From: the human T2T-CHM13v2.0 reference genome, Homo sapiens
Strand: one strand, 5' to 3'
NCBI RefSeq assembly: GCF_009914755.1
Contig: NC_060938.1
DNA: 64,000 bases
Below the pieces are notes generated by a model. It made no database searches. It was not told the DNA's origin and saw nothing but the letters and a program-made list of their open reading frames with translations. Shown here piece after piece: positions 61,922 through 64,000 of this stretch; within the stretch, counting starts at the first letter, position 1; every line of letters starts with the position of its first letter. Position numbers and translations under genes: made by a program.

Positions 61922-62798
<877 letters not shown>

Positions 62799-63248
62799 GA
62801 CCTTGAACTTTTAAAGGGAATGGAGTACCTTTTAATACATTGTCTGTTGATAAAATTTCCCTAAAGCTGGATGGCCAACATTTTGGGTCAATATATAGAT
62901 TGTTTTGAACAACTTAAAAAATATTACCTGTTTTGAGCCGTTCTTATTTAGTTAAACTGAATCTGTAATAATAAGACAAAGCTTTTACCCATTTTGAATT
63001 TTAGGAACAATTATTCAGAAATTCAGGAGAGATACCTGATCACTGTTACAACAGATGTTTTGTTCTTCTTATTCCAGTCCTTTTATATCCCTGGTAGCTA
63101 TGGAGAAGCTCGTGTTGGAAACGATTTAAATACTTGGTAAATCAACATATGTTTCTTTTCAGAGCACTTATCATTGAGATTGACTGCTGTTCCCCACCTG
63201 GAGAAAGACAGTTCTTAACCTTTTTTTTTTTAATTTTTCAATCATAGC

Positions 63249-63616
63249 TGCTATGGTTTGAATGTGTCCCTTCCACTTCCAAAATTCAAATGTTGAAACT
63301 TAATGGCTAATGTAATGCTGTTAAGAGGTGAGACATTTAAGAGGTGATTAGGTCAGGAGGGCTCCATCCCTTGTGAATGGGATTAGTGCCTTTATAAAAA
63401 GGCTTAAAGGAGGGCTTAATGTTGTGCCATGTGAGGACACAACATTCAAGGTGCCATCTTGGAAGCAGAGATCAGACCATACCAGACAACTGAACCTGCT
63501 GATGCCTTGATCTTAGACTTTCCAGCCTCCAGAACGGTGACAGAATACATTTCTCTTCTTTATAGATTACTCAGTCTTAGGTATTTTGTTATAGCAGCGC
63601 AAATCATACTGAGACA
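63249..63616 (+). mobile_element. MaLR solo LTR (MST/MLT1A-like)
   Basis: tgctatggtttgaatgtgtccc...ggtattttgttatagcagc..gagaca; 5-bp TSD ATAGC. Confidence 0.9.
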
Positions 63617-64000
63617 ATAGCATAACACCCCTAAGGTATGCCCCTCTTCCACAATCAAAGAGATATACTGAATCAGTTGTTCTCAAAGGATCTCTCACTT
63701 TTCTTCTCTCTGGATAAGGTGGGCAGTGTATGTGTTACTTGAACAAGCCCCTCGGGTGGTTCTGAAACCCTCACCTGTTCTCTCACAGCTTTCAAATCTT
63801 TTAACTGCTGCTTCTTTAACCAAAATTTATTGGTTTATCAGTTTCTGAAAGATTTGTGGTAAGATTTGCCTCTTTATTTATAGTTCTGAAAAAATTTTCA
63901 TTGTAACTCTTATTTTTGCTTTATGTAATGAGGCACTTATAAGTTCAAGATTGTTATATTTTGTGGGTATATCTTTTTAATTTTATTTTTATGTAGTTTA

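Overview
Human (primate) genomic DNA, AT-rich and dense in repeats. By recognition this is 14q12, immediately downstream of and including the 3' end of ARHGAP5 (p190-B RhoGAP). Positions 56-161 and 2255-2582 are the last two coding exons, followed by a ~4.8 kb 3' UTR ending near 7360. About 40 kb of intergenic transposon debris follows: Alus, nested L1s, a HERV16/ERVL-like provirus remnant with two RNase H-integrase copies, MaLR LTRs, hAT/Tc-mariner MITEs and a decayed C2H2 zinc-finger array. The most notable structure is at ~49.3-51.2 kb. Two complete, sequence-identical U6 snRNA genes (most likely RNU6-7 on + and RNU6-8 on -) face each other ~1 kb apart as an inverted duplication. Each has a full type-3 Pol III promoter (SPH, OCT, PSE, TATA), an extra upstream ZNF143-like site and a minimal T4 terminator. 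Identity between the two arms is patchy in a way that suggests gene conversion. Almost all other ORFs in the supplied track are repeat-derived artefacts. Repeat subfamily names and most repeat boundaries are by eye and approximate.
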